64,000 bases of DNA from Rhodothermales bacterium (lineage in GTDB: Bacteria > Bacteroidota > Rhodothermia > Rhodothermales > Bin80), in assembly GCA_965200955.1 (NCBI GenBank), contig OZ241742.1, positions 2,951,072 to 3,015,071 of the forward strand. The letters are read 5' to 3'. The translations under genes were made by a program, and so were the position numbers. Below the pieces are notes generated by a model. That model searched no databases, was not told the origin of the DNA, and was given only the letters and a program-made list of their open reading frames with translations. Shown piece after piece: positions 20,173 to 31,330 of the stretch; position 1 is the first letter of the stretch; each line of letters starts with the position of its first letter.

Positions 20173-20879
20173 GACTGACGGGCGAGAACCATCCCCAACA
20201 TGTAATTGAATTCGTCAAGTAAATCGGTTTCTGGATAATTCTCCTTGGCTTCAAGGATCACTTCCTTGGCGGAATCCAGTTCACCCGACTCTACATAGGC
20301 TCGTGCAGCCGATCGTAAGTAGTAGGGAGCACGAATCACATTGTCATCATCCATATCTGCAGCACGCCGAAACAGATCAGCTGCCATGAGATACTCTCCT
20401 TGCAGTTCTAAAATGGCAGCACGGCCAGCGATCGCACTGGCTCCGAGAAAATCGTCACTCGCCTTGTAATCCGTAAAGTGCTCCAGTGCCAAATCAAACT
20501 CATTCAATTCAAAATGAGCATTGGCGGCATAAAAGCGAGCAGTATTGCCCGCGGGAGTACTCCCATAACGAGCTACAATATCCGTGAGACCGAGGATGTC
20601 TCCACTGCCGTCTAGGGCAATGCGATAGTTGGACCGTTCATACTCAAGGAGAATCCCTCCAAGAAACTCCTGTGCTTGGGTGTTACGAGTATCTTGAATA
20701 TAATTGTAGCCAACGATCCCCGCAATGATTAGGACGACACCTATCGCCATTACAGTGAGCAGTCTTCTGCTCTGAAGATAAAATGCAAGCAATGGTGTGT
20801 ACCAGCTTGACTTAGACTCAGATTGACTGCTACGTCTTGTGTTCATTGCTCCCTGAGGAGCCTTCATGGTTTTCATCAA
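20169..20879 (-). CDS. membrane-anchored TPR protein (YfgM-like)
   Basis: One N-terminal TM helix (LLTVMAIGVVLIIAGIVGY) is followed by TPR-like helical repeats. It overlaps the downstream regulator by 4 nt. Confidence 0.45.
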   Translation of the reverse strand: MMKTMKAPQGAMNTRRSSQSESKSSWYTPLLAFYLQSRRLLTVMAIGVVLIIAGIVGYNYIQDTRNTQAQEFLGGILLEYERSNYRIALDGSGDILGLTDIVARYGSTPAGNTARFYAANAHFELNEFDLALEHFTDYKASDDFLGASAIAGRAAILELQGEYLMAADLFRRAADMDDDNVIRAPYYLRSAARAYVESGELDSAKEVILEAKENYPETDLLDEFNYMLGMVLARQS

Positions 20880-21324
20880 AGGAAGAGGTTACATGAATCA
20901 AAAAGAAAGGATCTCAGGTGGCATAGAGACGATGCCAACCAGATGAGAAAAACGTGGAGACATCAAGTGAGTGATGTGACCAGTCGTCGCTTTCTCAATG
21001 AATACAACAGTAATAATTGATTATTGCTCTTATACGGAGATGATCCTGAATTGTAACCATGAACCGATAAGCAACCGTTCAAGACACCCATCAGTGATTC
21101 AATACGTTTTATAGCAATTCATCTACTATCAATGATCAATAGCAATGATGTGAAACCACTGGTACAGGATCAGGTCGTAGAGTGCATCATTTTCCGAATT
21201 GGTGCGTTATACGGTTTTCTGTTGAAAATGCTCACATTGTAGTCTCCATTTGGGAGGTGCCTCTCATCAAGGACATGCGGCTTTTCTACATCTCATTACA
21301 CTTCTTTCTACACCAATTAAACTT

Positions 21325-22335
21325 ATGGCTCATAAACTTGCTATTAATGGTTTCGGTCGGATTGGCCGTCTCACGCTTCGTTCCATCCTAGAACGCAAGC
21401 TTACCGCCTTTGATGTTGTCGCTGTCAATGATTTGACCGATGCAGCTACCCTCGCTCATTTATTTAAGTATGACTCCGTTCACGGAAAGTGGCCTGGTCA
21501 TGTCTCAGCCCAAGGAGACAATCTTTGCATTGATGATCTTACGATTCCAGTACTAAGTGAAAGAGATCCTTCCAATTTGCCTTGGCAATCATTCCATTGT
21601 GATGTTGTCATTGAATCAACCGGCTTTTTCCGTGATCGAGCTAGCGCTGGCAAACACCTGAGTGCTGGTGCCAAGAAGGTTGTGATCTCAGCCCCTGCCA
21701 AGGATCAAGTGGATGCAACGGTCGTTCTTGGTGTCAACGATCATGTCCTCACGGGTCAAGAGACGATCATTTCGAATGCGAGCTGCACAACAAACTGTAT
21801 TGCTCCGATGATCAAAGTTCTTGACGAAGCTTATGGGATTCAGAGTGGACTGATGACCACCGTTCACGCCTACACCAGTGATCAGCGTATCCAAGATGCA
21901 CCCCACAAAGATCTTCGACGTGCCCGTGCGGCTGCCTACTCTATTGTACCAACAACTACAGGTGCCGCTAAGGCGGTTGGTCTTGTGCTCCCACATATGC
22001 AGGGGAAACTTGATGGTATGGCTTTGCGAGTTCCCATTCCGAACGGCTCCCTCACTGATCTGACGGTTCAGGTTTCATCATCTCCTTCCAAAGAAGAGGT
22101 GAATTCCGAATTTAAGGCTACTGCCAGTGATTCATTAAAAGGAATCTTGGAGTACTCAGCAGAACCCATTGTGTCCATTGACATTGTGCATAATGCCCAT
22201 TCTGTGATTTTTGATAGCTTAGCAACCATGGTCCAAGGAAACACCATCAAGGTATTGGGCTGGTACGATAATGAGTGGGGATATGCTAACCGGGCCGTTG
22301 ACATTGCAGCACTCTTGGTCTCAAAGAGTAGCTGA
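21325..22335 (+). CDS. gap: glyceraldehyde-3-phosphate dehydrogenase (type I)
   Basis: MAHKLAINGFGRIGRL at the ATG at 21325; the ORF-track start at 21250 is an upstream extension. The active site is SNASCTTNC. The gene ends in TGA. Confidence 0.95.
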   Translation: MAHKLAINGFGRIGRLTLRSILERKLTAFDVVAVNDLTDAATLAHLFKYDSVHGKWPGHVSAQGDNLCIDDLTIPVLSERDPSNLPWQSFHCDVVIESTGFFRDRASAGKHLSAGAKKVVISAPAKDQVDATVVLGVNDHVLTGQETIISNASCTTNCIAPMIKVLDEAYGIQSGLMTTVHAYTSDQRIQDAPHKDLRRARAAAYSIVPTTTGAAKAVGLVLPHMQGKLDGMALRVPIPNGSLTDLTVQVSSSPSKEEVNSEFKATASDSLKGILEYSAEPIVSIDIVHNAHSVIFDSLATMVQGNTIKVLGWYDNEWGYANRAVDIAALLVSKSS

Positions 22336-22348
22336 GCATCGCTGAGCT

Positions 22349-23551
22349 ATGTCAAAATTGACTCTGAAGGATTTGGACTTGCAGGACAAGTGTGCACTGG
22401 TACGAGTTGATTTCAATGTGCCTTTGCAGCTTGCACCTGAATCCGAGTACTATACCGTTGCCGATGATACACGTGTCTTGGCTGCACTGCCTACGATACG
22501 TGCCATCACGGATGCAGGCGGCAAAGCGATTCTTGTAAGCCATCTTGGTCGCCCGAAGGGTCAACCTGACCCCAAGTTCAGCTTAGCACCCGTTGCAGAT
22601 CGCTTGAATGATCTCTTGGATACCAGTGTCCGATTTTCCAGCGAGACGATCGGCCCCATCGTGGAAAAGACGATTCGCACGATGCCAAATGGAAGTGTCT
22701 TGCTTCTGGAAAACACGCGTTTTTTCGCAGGGGAGACGACCAATGATGCTTCCTTTGCCGAAGAGCTTGCTCAACTTGGGGATGTATTTATCAATGATGC
22801 ATTCGGTACAGCTCATCGTGCACATGCCTCTAATGTTGGTGTTGCTGGTCATTTTCCCGATGCTGCGGCAGCTGGACATTTGCTTGAAAAAGAGTTGGTC
22901 CTATTAGGAAATGCTCTTGAATCCCCTACTCCACCTACCCTTGCCATCTTGGGAGGAGCCAAGGTTTCAGACAAGATGGGAGTCATCACAAATCTGATAG
23001 GAATCGTTGACCATATCCTCATTGGTGGAGCAATGGCCTACACGTTCCTGATGGCCAAGGGAGTGGCAGTTGGAAACTCTCTGGTTGAAAAGGAGCGCTT
23101 AGATGATGCTTTGAGGATGATGGATCTGGCAGGCGATAAACTACATCTACCAACCGATCATATCGTCAGTACTTCGCTTGAGTCACCTGAGGATGTTCAT
23201 TCTGTGTCTGATCCAATTGAAGACGGCTTCCTTGGATTTGACATCGGCCCTGAAACCATTCATCGCTACTGTGAACTAATCCATCTGGCCAAAACATGTA
23301 TTTGGAACGGACCTATGGGTGTTTTTGAAGTGGAGGCATTTGCCTCTGGTACGAATTCCATTGCCCAAGCCGTCGCTTCAGCAACGGATCATGGAGCAAC
23401 GACCATAATCGGTGGGGGGGATTCTGTTGCTGCAATCAAACAGGCACATCTGGATCAGCATGTATCTCATGTTTCCACGGGCGGAGGTGCCATGTTGAAA
23501 TTTCTTGAAGGAGAGTCCCTTCCTGGCTTGGATGCTTTAACAGATCGGTAA
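22349..23551 (+). CDS. pgk: phosphoglycerate kinase
   Basis: VRVDFNVP, SHLGRPKG, FINDAFGTAHRAHAS, STGGGAMLKFLEG. Confidence 0.95.
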   Translation: MSKLTLKDLDLQDKCALVRVDFNVPLQLAPESEYYTVADDTRVLAALPTIRAITDAGGKAILVSHLGRPKGQPDPKFSLAPVADRLNDLLDTSVRFSSETIGPIVEKTIRTMPNGSVLLLENTRFFAGETTNDASFAEELAQLGDVFINDAFGTAHRAHASNVGVAGHFPDAAAAGHLLEKELVLLGNALESPTPPTLAILGGAKVSDKMGVITNLIGIVDHILIGGAMAYTFLMAKGVAVGNSLVEKERLDDALRMMDLAGDKLHLPTDHIVSTSLESPEDVHSVSDPIEDGFLGFDIGPETIHRYCELIHLAKTCIWNGPMGVFEVEAFASGTNSIAQAVASATDHGATTIIGGGDSVAAIKQAHLDQHVSHVSTGGGAMLKFLEGESLPGLDALTDR

Positions 23552-23621
23552 CGAGATCACCATCTATGCAATATCTTATCTTTTATGCCTGAGAAAACAA
23601 GATCTGCAGTATCTTGATTGA

Positions 23622-25079
23622 TTACGTTGGCATCAAAACTTCTCGTACCCTATCCTGCCATTTCAAAAGACCCTTGATCTGGGATTCATCCAAATTTCCC
23701 CAAGGCTCTGATCTGTCCCGTAGTTCAAAACTAAAGATTTGATCGGGAGTAACGGAGCGTCTCTCCCTGCGTTCCAACTGACGAAGACGGCAGTAATTAT
23801 ACCAGCGTTGTCTTCCTTTATCATCCAATGATTCTGGGAAATTCCGAGCGATGTATCTAAAAACCAATTGTTTAACACGGCTATCATCCGATTGCACAGA
23901 ACGCCAGTCAAAATCGGGGGCTTGACTCAAAGCCTTTGTCATCAAGTCCATGTCTTGATCCGAAAAAAAACCGTCATAGATGGCCTCATCTGCATCTGGA
24001 GTCTTATCAGCATAAAACATATCTGATTGCCCCTTCTTCTTTTGGAGATACTCAGATAACGGATTCTTAAAATCGCGGGAATCCAATTGCTGAATCATCT
24101 CATGACGCTGGTGAATTTGGGCCTCATTCAGTTTCATGACATTGAGTAAGTCTTGTGCGGAAATTTTACTGGATACGAGTTCCCGCACGACCGACCACTG
24201 ACATACAAAGGGAGATTTCGTAATGTTGATGGGAAATGTAGCCCGGTAGGCCAATTTCTTATCATTCTGAGACCACTCTTGATAAGGTTTCATGAGTGGG
24301 CTTGGATCTTCGAAAAGATCAAACCCATAGGTGGTATTGCCTTCGTGGTAGTCCAGTGGGCTAAGGAGGGTTGAACAGCCTCGTTTGGTAGGAATCCTTC
24401 CGATGATATGAAGTACTGGATCATGACCTTGTAGAATCGTGGTTATAGCGTGTTTATCTCTCAAAGAAAGCCCATAATCCCAAATTTCTCTTACATTCTC
24501 GCGTATTAGCTTAGCAATTTGCCACATTTGTAGAGAATCCGCAAGTGCATCATGTTGATTGGCGAGTTCGCTATCGTCCAAGAAAGCACGAGCTAATGCA
24601 CCGAGTTGAAACGATGGATTTCCGTTCTCTTTTCTGGGCCACTTGGAGAGTGCCTCAGGGCGCAAGAAAAAGGTTGCACGCATCAATTCCAAGGTATCCC
24701 AGAATGAATTTCCATTTTTCCAATGCCATTGATAAGGATCCCTTAGATTCCGATAAAATAAGACTCTGGTAAATTCATGATCAAATTTCATTCCGTTATA
24801 GGCAACACTGCAGGTTTCGGGTTGACTTAATTCGTCATGAATGAGGGTAGCAAATTCGGATTCCGAGACACCTTCCTTATGGGCGGTCATGGGCATGATT
24901 CCATGTACACTCACAGCCCCTGGTCCAATTGCACAGTCCAGGGTTGGACGACACAGTAGGTTTAGATTGGGGCCAATTGGCTGAAGCTCATCGTCGGTTC
25001 GTAAACCACCAAATTGAACAATACGATCGCGGTAGGGAGATTTCCCCCATGTTTCGTAATCATACCAAAAGAAACTCAT
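23622..25079 (-). CDS. sbcB: exodeoxyribonuclease I
   Basis: FFWYDYETWG (DEDD Exo I motif), YNGMKFDHEF, HDALADS. The 485-aa length fits SbcB. Confidence 0.85.
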   Translation of the reverse strand: MSFFWYDYETWGKSPYRDRIVQFGGLRTDDELQPIGPNLNLLCRPTLDCAIGPGAVSVHGIMPMTAHKEGVSESEFATLIHDELSQPETCSVAYNGMKFDHEFTRVLFYRNLRDPYQWHWKNGNSFWDTLELMRATFFLRPEALSKWPRKENGNPSFQLGALARAFLDDSELANQHDALADSLQMWQIAKLIRENVREIWDYGLSLRDKHAITTILQGHDPVLHIIGRIPTKRGCSTLLSPLDYHEGNTTYGFDLFEDPSPLMKPYQEWSQNDKKLAYRATFPINITKSPFVCQWSVVRELVSSKISAQDLLNVMKLNEAQIHQRHEMIQQLDSRDFKNPLSEYLQKKKGQSDMFYADKTPDADEAIYDGFFSDQDMDLMTKALSQAPDFDWRSVQSDDSRVKQLVFRYIARNFPESLDDKGRQRWYNYCRLRQLERRERRSVTPDQIFSFELRDRSEPWGNLDESQIKGLLKWQDRVREVLMPT

Positions 25080-25744
25080 CTCTTAAAATTTTATATACAC
25101 AAGGATTTTTTGCAAGATCTCTATATCAACTATAAGATATGGACCGAGGTACTTCAAGAGAAATACTCCAACTCAATTTGAGATATTTTTGCAAACGGTT
25201 TCAATAACCCTTTAACAGATAATGAAATTTTTGTTCCTATCCTTTTCTTGGAGGATTCTTTTTATTTACCAGTAGAGTCTCCAGAACTATAGCATATTCT
25301 GTGAATGAAACGCCATAGATAGTGTCCATTTCTAATTTCACATCAATAGTATCCGCATCAAGGGAATGCACCAATTTAAGAAGGTATTCTGTACAATACT
25401 GTATGGAGAAAAATAGATCCGTTATACCGTAAGATGGTGTGACGCTTCCCCATAAAAACCCAGACTGGACTTTTCCAGTCCCTAGCAAGACACAAGTTTA
25501 GGTGGATCATGAGAATTCAATACTCCATCACATTGATTTCACATCGTTACTCCATTTTTATGATCTTCAAAATGATGCACGCTCATCATTTCCTTATTCA
25601 TTATTTTTCTGTATGAAAATGCCAATATGTGGAGCCGTTTGCAAAACCTACTTGACAATTCAAAAAATGCACCAAGGGCACTACAGGGCAATATTTCTGC
25701 TGAAATGCTGAGGTTTCGCAAACGGCTCATAATTTACATGGTTA

Positions 25745-26770
25745 TCATTCCTCACAATCTTGTAATTCTCCCCTCACTACACCCAGTGCTGCCTCATTCC
25801 AAGTACCGCCATCTGCACTCACTTGATGACGCTTGGTTGTATACCCTGCGAACACTCCAAGTCCGTTTTGCACATTGGAATAGAGTAAGTTCGGATTTTT
25901 GTCAGAAAAATTCGGTTCAGATATAAATAAATCTTGGATAACAATGGAGCGTTCATACGCAAACAAGTCAACACTCAGTGCCTGAAGTTGAATCATAAAA
26001 TGAGGTCCAATTGTGCTGAGGTATGTAGCATCAAATCGTAGCTCAAATTCCTGAGTACGTGCTTCAAAAAGTTGATCAGAGAAGTATGGGAAACCATAAT
26101 CGTAGAACCCCAATTCTGGAATAGTTGGATCATCCACGGTCTCAATATAGCTATGAAAATCAGGATAAGAGCTCCGAAAACGAAGCCCCCAAAGCCTGAT
26201 TGAATACTTTGGATCATCCCTAATTACACTCCCCCAATTTTCCAGATAACATACGGGAGAGACCTGATAGAGGGCGAGTGTGTAATAGTTGGGACCCGAC
26301 TGATCTTCCACCTTGAAGCGTATGGCATACTCATCTGTTTGAAGTGAATCATCTCTTGAGATATATCTAATTTCCAGTAATTCACTGCGAAGAAGAGGAG
26401 CCTGAGACGATGAAATCGTCCCGGGAAAGCCGGGAGCAATCACCTCGGCAGTGTAGTTAATCCCACTTTGAGGGTAATGATTGTGGACACTCCTATAAAA
26501 TCCACTACCGTCATACTCCAATGTATCAGAAAAATTATTCCTGCCTGAGATAATCACTTGTGCATTAGGTACAATTAAATCACTAAAATCTGATGTATCC
26601 AACAAGTGGACACTTTTACCGACTCGCATGCTCCATATACTATCAGAAGAAAAATATGACTCAATGATAAGTTTTGATTGATATCCATCAGGAATTTCTA
26701 AGTCTACCATTGATTCGCATGCGCTGAACCATGTAATCAATAGAATTAGTACCAGTTTACGCATCTTCAA
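25745..26770 (-). CDS. DUF4249-family lipoprotein (partner of the upstream TonB-dependent receptor)
   Basis: Has a lipoprotein signal (LLITWFSAC). It overlaps the end of the receptor gene by 14 nt. Size and position match the receptor-DUF4249 pairs of Bacteroidota. Confidence 0.55.
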   Translation of the reverse strand: MKMRKLVLILLITWFSACESMVDLEIPDGYQSKLIIESYFSSDSIWSMRVGKSVHLLDTSDFSDLIVPNAQVIISGRNNFSDTLEYDGSGFYRSVHNHYPQSGINYTAEVIAPGFPGTISSSQAPLLRSELLEIRYISRDDSLQTDEYAIRFKVEDQSGPNYYTLALYQVSPVCYLENWGSVIRDDPKYSIRLWGLRFRSSYPDFHSYIETVDDPTIPELGFYDYGFPYFSDQLFEARTQEFELRFDATYLSTIGPHFMIQLQALSVDLFAYERSIVIQDLFISEPNFSDKNPNLLYSNVQNGLGVFAGYTTKRHQVSADGGTWNEAALGVVRGELQDCEE

Positions 26771-29141
26771 AACTGTACTGTAGTGATAGAGCAGGAATAA
26801 GTTGTAGTAAACTGAGTTGATGGTAGGAGATCACGGATGTGTTTGAGGAATCATCATCTCTGGGGTATATGAACATGGGGTTTTGACGATTATAGGCATT
26901 ATAGACTCCGAGAGTGATTGTTCTTTCTGCCCAAGACCTTTGCTTCTTGAAATGAATAGTGAAATCTAGGCGATGGTAATTCGGCGCACGTGCCGAGTTG
27001 ACCGGACCCGTTTCAAGTGCACTATATGGGTATCCAAATCCATGTTCTGACCAAGCACCTACGGCAAAGCGGCCGGTATAAACCCATACCGGATATCCGC
27101 TCCCGTAAATCCATGCTGCTGATATGTGTGTTGATTCTGATAGCTGATATTGTAGTACAATGGAAATGTCATGGCGACGATCATATCCGTCTGGAAAGGA
27201 TTGCCCTTGATTGAGAAACGGGAATTGTCTTACAGATCTAGCCCAAGTATAGCCAGCCCACCCGCGTAAGTATCCATGTTTCTTACGAATGAATAGCTCC
27301 AAACCATATGCACTGCCTAATCCATTCTCCACTAAATCTGGCCAATCAAAAAACGCCGACCGAAATCGATCTGATCCTAAGGTATATTCAATATTGCCCC
27401 TCATACGCTTATAATAACCTTCAACTGAAACCTGATAACGACCATCTTGAATGCTATTGAAAATACCTAATGCAATTTGATACCCTTTCTGAGGTGAAAG
27501 TCGTTCCATACTCGGAATCCATAAATCCGTGGGAATTGCAGCACCACCGCCGGTCAGTAAATGTATATACTGTTTTGATCTGGCAAATGATGCTTTAATG
27601 GCGGTATGATTTCCCGCTCTCACATTCAATGCGAATCGAGGTTCAATAGAATACGATTGTTTTTCTTGTGCAGAATAACCAGAAAGGCGAAGTCCAGTGG
27701 ATACCTGTAAAATTGGAAGAACCTGAATTTCGTCTTCTACATAAAGTGCTAACTCCAAAGAGGGCAGAATACCTGTTGGAGTCTGAAGAAGGGTTAACGG
27801 AGGTCTATTAGACTCGTCAAGTCTTGTCTGCGTCGTGCCCGGTGAAAAGCGATGCAGAATCCCTTCTGCACCAAAACGCAGATAATGTCTAGGATTAGGG
27901 GCGTACTCAAAATCAATTTTAGCAGTCCAATCAAGAATTTCGGAAAGCCATGAATTTTCATAAGCTATACGGCCTGAATCATCGAGATCTTCTGATTCTG
28001 AGGTGGATCTAAAGCGATACTGAGTGATACCTAGTAGACTGTTTGCGAATAAATGATCGCCAATTAACCAATTCCAACGAAGAGAAACTAAACGATTATG
28101 CCAATCCACAGCAAACTTGCGGAATTCAGTTGCAAATCTTCTTTCAAGAAACGAGAATTTATCCTGTCCTGCATAAGCACTTACATAGAAGCGATTCTTC
28201 TGTGATAAAATATAATTGGCCTTAAAGTTCAAATCATAAAATCCCATACGATACTCATTTTGAGGGTCAGAAAACAAACGCAAAAAAGGATTGATATAGG
28301 TACTACGACCAGCCAACAAAAAAGAAGCACGATCTTTAGCTATCGGTCCTTCTATCATCAATCGAGAGGAAATAAGTCCTAACGAACTCTCTCCTCCAAA
28401 TCGTTTTAAGTTACCTTCCTTCATTGTGTAGTTGACTACAGAGGATAGTCGTCCCCCATATCGGGCTGGAAATCCACCCTTAATCAGCTCAACACCTTTC
28501 ATTGCAGATGCGTTAAATACACTAAAAAAACCAAATAAATGATTGGGATTATAAAGTGGAAGGCCATCAAGGAGGATTAAATTCTGATCGGCCCTCCCGC
28601 CTCGGATATATAATCCACTACTACCCTCAATTCCAGACTGTACACCCGGCAATAATTGCAATGTTTTCTGGATGTCTATTTCACCAAACACCACAGGAAG
28701 TATTTCAATTTCTTCAATTGAAATTTCATGCCTACTCATCTGGATTTCATCTATTGCAGTTTCTCTGGGAGCGACGACTTCCATGTCTTCTAGTGTCATC
28801 ACTCGTGGATTGAGTGTAAATGTAACGGTTGTATCTTTTAAGAGGTGGAGTCGGTTGAACTGGGCATCATATCCGATATGGGACACCATAAATAAATAAG
28901 AAGATGAATCCGTTGTTAAGCTGTAAAATCCATACTGATTAGTCGTTGCACCGATGTGAAGTTTTGGAATGAATACACTTGCCGCTGGAATTCGCTCACC
29001 ACTGGAAGAATCCTCTACGTAACCACTAATGGTCACCGTTTGAGCAAATCCTATACCAGCAAAAGAGCCCCACTGAAATATAACATAAGCCAATATCTTC
29101 AACCAGCTAAGCCTTTGCATGCCTGTATATAAAATTGTCAA
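26757..29141 (-). CDS. TonB-dependent receptor with N-terminal carboxypeptidase-regulatory-like domain
   Basis: VTISGYVEDSSSGERIPAASVFI...TTNQYGFYSL is the CarbopepD_reg domain. The plug region is QKTLQLLPGVQS...GLYIRGG. A long beta-barrel ends in ...LSLQYSF. The start may instead be M8 (29120). Confidence 0.85.
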   Translation of the reverse strand: MTILYTGMQRLSWLKILAYVIFQWGSFAGIGFAQTVTISGYVEDSSSGERIPAASVFIPKLHIGATTNQYGFYSLTTDSSSYLFMVSHIGYDAQFNRLHLLKDTTVTFTLNPRVMTLEDMEVVAPRETAIDEIQMSRHEISIEEIEILPVVFGEIDIQKTLQLLPGVQSGIEGSSGLYIRGGRADQNLILLDGLPLYNPNHLFGFFSVFNASAMKGVELIKGGFPARYGGRLSSVVNYTMKEGNLKRFGGESSLGLISSRLMIEGPIAKDRASFLLAGRSTYINPFLRLFSDPQNEYRMGFYDLNFKANYILSQKNRFYVSAYAGQDKFSFLERRFATEFRKFAVDWHNRLVSLRWNWLIGDHLFANSLLGITQYRFRSTSESEDLDDSGRIAYENSWLSEILDWTAKIDFEYAPNPRHYLRFGAEGILHRFSPGTTQTRLDESNRPPLTLLQTPTGILPSLELALYVEDEIQVLPILQVSTGLRLSGYSAQEKQSYSIEPRFALNVRAGNHTAIKASFARSKQYIHLLTGGGAAIPTDLWIPSMERLSPQKGYQIALGIFNSIQDGRYQVSVEGYYKRMRGNIEYTLGSDRFRSAFFDWPDLVENGLGSAYGLELFIRKKHGYLRGWAGYTWARSVRQFPFLNQGQSFPDGYDRRHDISIVLQYQLSESTHISAAWIYGSGYPVWVYTGRFAVGAWSEHGFGYPYSALETGPVNSARAPNYHRLDFTIHFKKQRSWAERTITLGVYNAYNRQNPMFIYPRDDDSSNTSVISYHQLSLLQLIPALSLQYSFEDA

Positions 29142-29404
29142 TGCAGTAACTATTCAATGGTTTGTAACAGCGACGTGTGCCAATAAAAATGCATGGGTAC
29201 TACGCCCCCTTGCAGGAAAGTAGAAACTCACCTTTGTGATTAAATCCGATTCCAATTTTAGTTCTTAGAAACCATCCATTAGAAGTTTTTCTACGGCGTG
29301 TGCAGCTCGGCTTTTCCACCTCCAGCAAAGCGATATAACATAGGTCTAAGGTCGGTTGACCTACTAATAGTGACCTGTGCTACTTGGACTGTGTAAGAAC
29401 AAGA

Positions 29405-31330
29405 CTAATCACCATACTTCGCTAACCCATCGTGGAGAAAATCTGTGAACTGCTCAGAAGAAACTACACCACTTAATTGGGCAAGAGGGCGATCCTTTGC
29501 CAAGCCATCCATGATGGCATAGGTTGGTAATGCCAGTGTGCCCGTTAACTGTTGCTGAATGGATTGAAACTCGCGACTCTGAGGTCCATCTGTATACAGT
29601 CGGCTCAAAACAAAATGATCCGCTAAAAGATGACGAACCTCCCCCCGTTCAATCACATTCACCTCCATCCCCCTGCAATTCGTGCATGTGTAGCCAGAAA
29701 AGTCAATGAACAGGGGTTGCTGTCGGAAGACAGATTCAGAGAACGCTCCAGGTAAATCATCCGTAATCCATTGATGCTCTACATCTGATTCAAAAAAACT
29801 AACTGTGTCTTGTTCTCGTGGAGGCAGATAGGAATCAACCCAGCCAAGTCGTCCCCCAAAAAGTCCGGGAAGTAGGTAAACCGAAAGCCCAAAAAACAAA
29901 ACACCACACATCAGTCTTAAGGCTCCAATCGGTTGTGAGTCAGATTTCAGCAATAATGGCAAGTGTCCAATCAAGTACAGTCCAGTCACAGCGGAGAGCA
30001 CAATCCAAAGAGCGATTGCAAGCGATCGATCAATGAAACCCAGCCCCCATACCAGATCTGCATTGGAAAAAAATTTAATCGCCGCTGCAATCTCAATAAA
30101 ACCAAACACAACGGCAGTCTCTCTCATCCACCTTCCACTACCGGGTAATTTCTTGAGAGCCTTGGGAAAACATGCAAATGCAACGAATGGAAGTGCAAAT
30201 GTACTACTAAATACAGCCATCCCCAAAATGCCATAAAACCAGTCTCCTTCAACCATACTCGGAAGGAGTAAGCCAACAAATGGTACGGTGCAGGTAAATG
30301 AAACAAGGGTCAGTGCAAGCCCCAGAAACAAGATACCAATATAGTCCTGTCGCTCCGATCCTTTTCGATCAAACCAGTTGGCGATCTTAGGTGGAAGCCC
30401 GAGGTTAAATGCGCCTAATAAAGATAATCCAAACACAAGGAAAGCAATACCAATTCCAACATTCACCCATGGATTTGAGGAAACAATATAAGCACCTGCA
30501 CTCCCCAAGAGTATGGACAAGCCTACACCTAGCCCTGTAAATGTGACTACAATAGCAAAGCCATAAAGCAAAGCCATCCGAATGGGTGCTTTCAAGGCAT
30601 GATTGCCAAAAAATGATACCGTCATCGGAATCATTGGGTAAATACAAGGCATCAGTAGAGCACCCATACCAGCACCAATCGCCAATAAGATAAATCCCCA
30701 TAACCCGCCAGATGAATTGATTGGTACGTCCGAAGGAGGCAAATTTTCAAGCTCAAGAGGACGATTGAGGCTTGTTAATTCCAAGGGCAGTGCAGAAACG
30801 ACAGGAGTATCAGGTAGCGGTGAAGATACCTGGGTGAATGTGGCTTGGATAGTGGTGGAATCGGGAGGAAGGCAGATCAACTGGTTGCAAATCATAAACG
30901 TTATCACTCCGCCAATATCACCACCCTTGAAATTTTCATTGATAGAGTAATCTCCCCATACCACTGCCCGTTGATGAAAATAGGTGACGACCTTGTCAAA
31001 ATACGGATCAAATCCCGATCGAACATCTAGGTGTCTAAAAGACTCTTGGCTGGATGTCAATCCATCTGGAATCGTATGGAGCCGGACATTAAGAGCACGA
31101 CTTGGAGGTGGAGAATCAAGGGCGTACATACGCCATGGCCCTCCATTGGGATCGTTCTTAGGCAGAACGCCTTCAAGAACAATGCGGGCGGAATCAAAAA
31201 AGTATTCTGCCCTTGCATCCCATGAGACGGATGATTGAGCAAAAGTGGAACCACTGTGAACTACGGATAGCGTAATTCCGATGAAGAACAAAACATTCCG
31301 ATTAGGCGTGACTATCGGCCGGGACAACAT
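29405..31330 (-). CDS. dsbD: thiol:disulfide interchange protein DsbD
   Basis: CcdA-type TM core with Cys in LLMPCIYPM and SFTCTVPF. The C-terminal thioredoxin carries the CxxC in GYTCTNCRGME. The ORF-track start (31432) runs 130 nt into rplI, so M35 at 31330 or nearby is more likely. The start remains uncertain. Confidence 0.8.
   Translation of the reverse strand: MLSRPIVTPNRNVLFFIGITLSVVHSGSTFAQSSVSWDARAEYFFDSARIVLEGVLPKNDPNGGPWRMYALDSPPPSRALNVRLHTIPDGLTSSQESFRHLDVRSGFDPYFDKVVTYFHQRAVVWGDYSINENFKGGDIGGVITFMICNQLICLPPDSTTIQATFTQVSSPLPDTPVVSALPLELTSLNRPLELENLPPSDVPINSSGGLWGFILLAIGAGMGALLMPCIYPMIPMTVSFFGNHALKAPIRMALLYGFAIVVTFTGLGVGLSILLGSAGAYIVSSNPWVNVGIGIAFLVFGLSLLGAFNLGLPPKIANWFDRKGSERQDYIGILFLGLALTLVSFTCTVPFVGLLLPSMVEGDWFYGILGMAVFSSTFALPFVAFACFPKALKKLPGSGRWMRETAVVFGFIEIAAAIKFFSNADLVWGLGFIDRSLAIALWIVLSAVTGLYLIGHLPLLLKSDSQPIGALRLMCGVLFFGLSVYLLPGLFGGRLGWVDSYLPPREQDTVSFFESDVEHQWITDDLPGAFSESVFRQQPLFIDFSGYTCTNCRGMEVNVIERGEVRHLLADHFVLSRLYTDGPQSREFQSIQQQLTGTLALPTYAIMDGLAKDRPLAQLSGVVSSEQFTDFLHDGLAKYGD

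Noticed and set aside
20880-21324. Sigma-54 promoter (TGGCAC-N5-TTGC) near the sigma-54 regulator, gap or gltB leaders
   Set aside because: Only partial TGG..-type matches with wrong spacing (for example 21160-21180 and 60295-60325). Nothing supportable.
23552-23621. Bidirectional terminator between convergent pgk and sbcB
   Set aside because: There is only a weak 6-bp stem (CAAGAT...ATCTTG) without a U-tract, which is not convincing.
25080-25744. Gene-poor 660-bp interval checked for structured RNAs (RNase P, tmRNA, SRP, 6S)
   Set aside because: None of the conserved cores I know (for example GAGGAAAGTCC for RNase P) is present. The small ORFs 25237-25488, 25502-25711 and 25539-25730 have no support.
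29142-29404. Cobalamin or TPP riboswitch upstream of the TonB-dependent receptor
   Set aside because: Reading the minus strand, I could not find a B12 box (GCCACTG context) or a TPP core (CTGAGA...ACCTGATCTGGATAATGCCAGCG).
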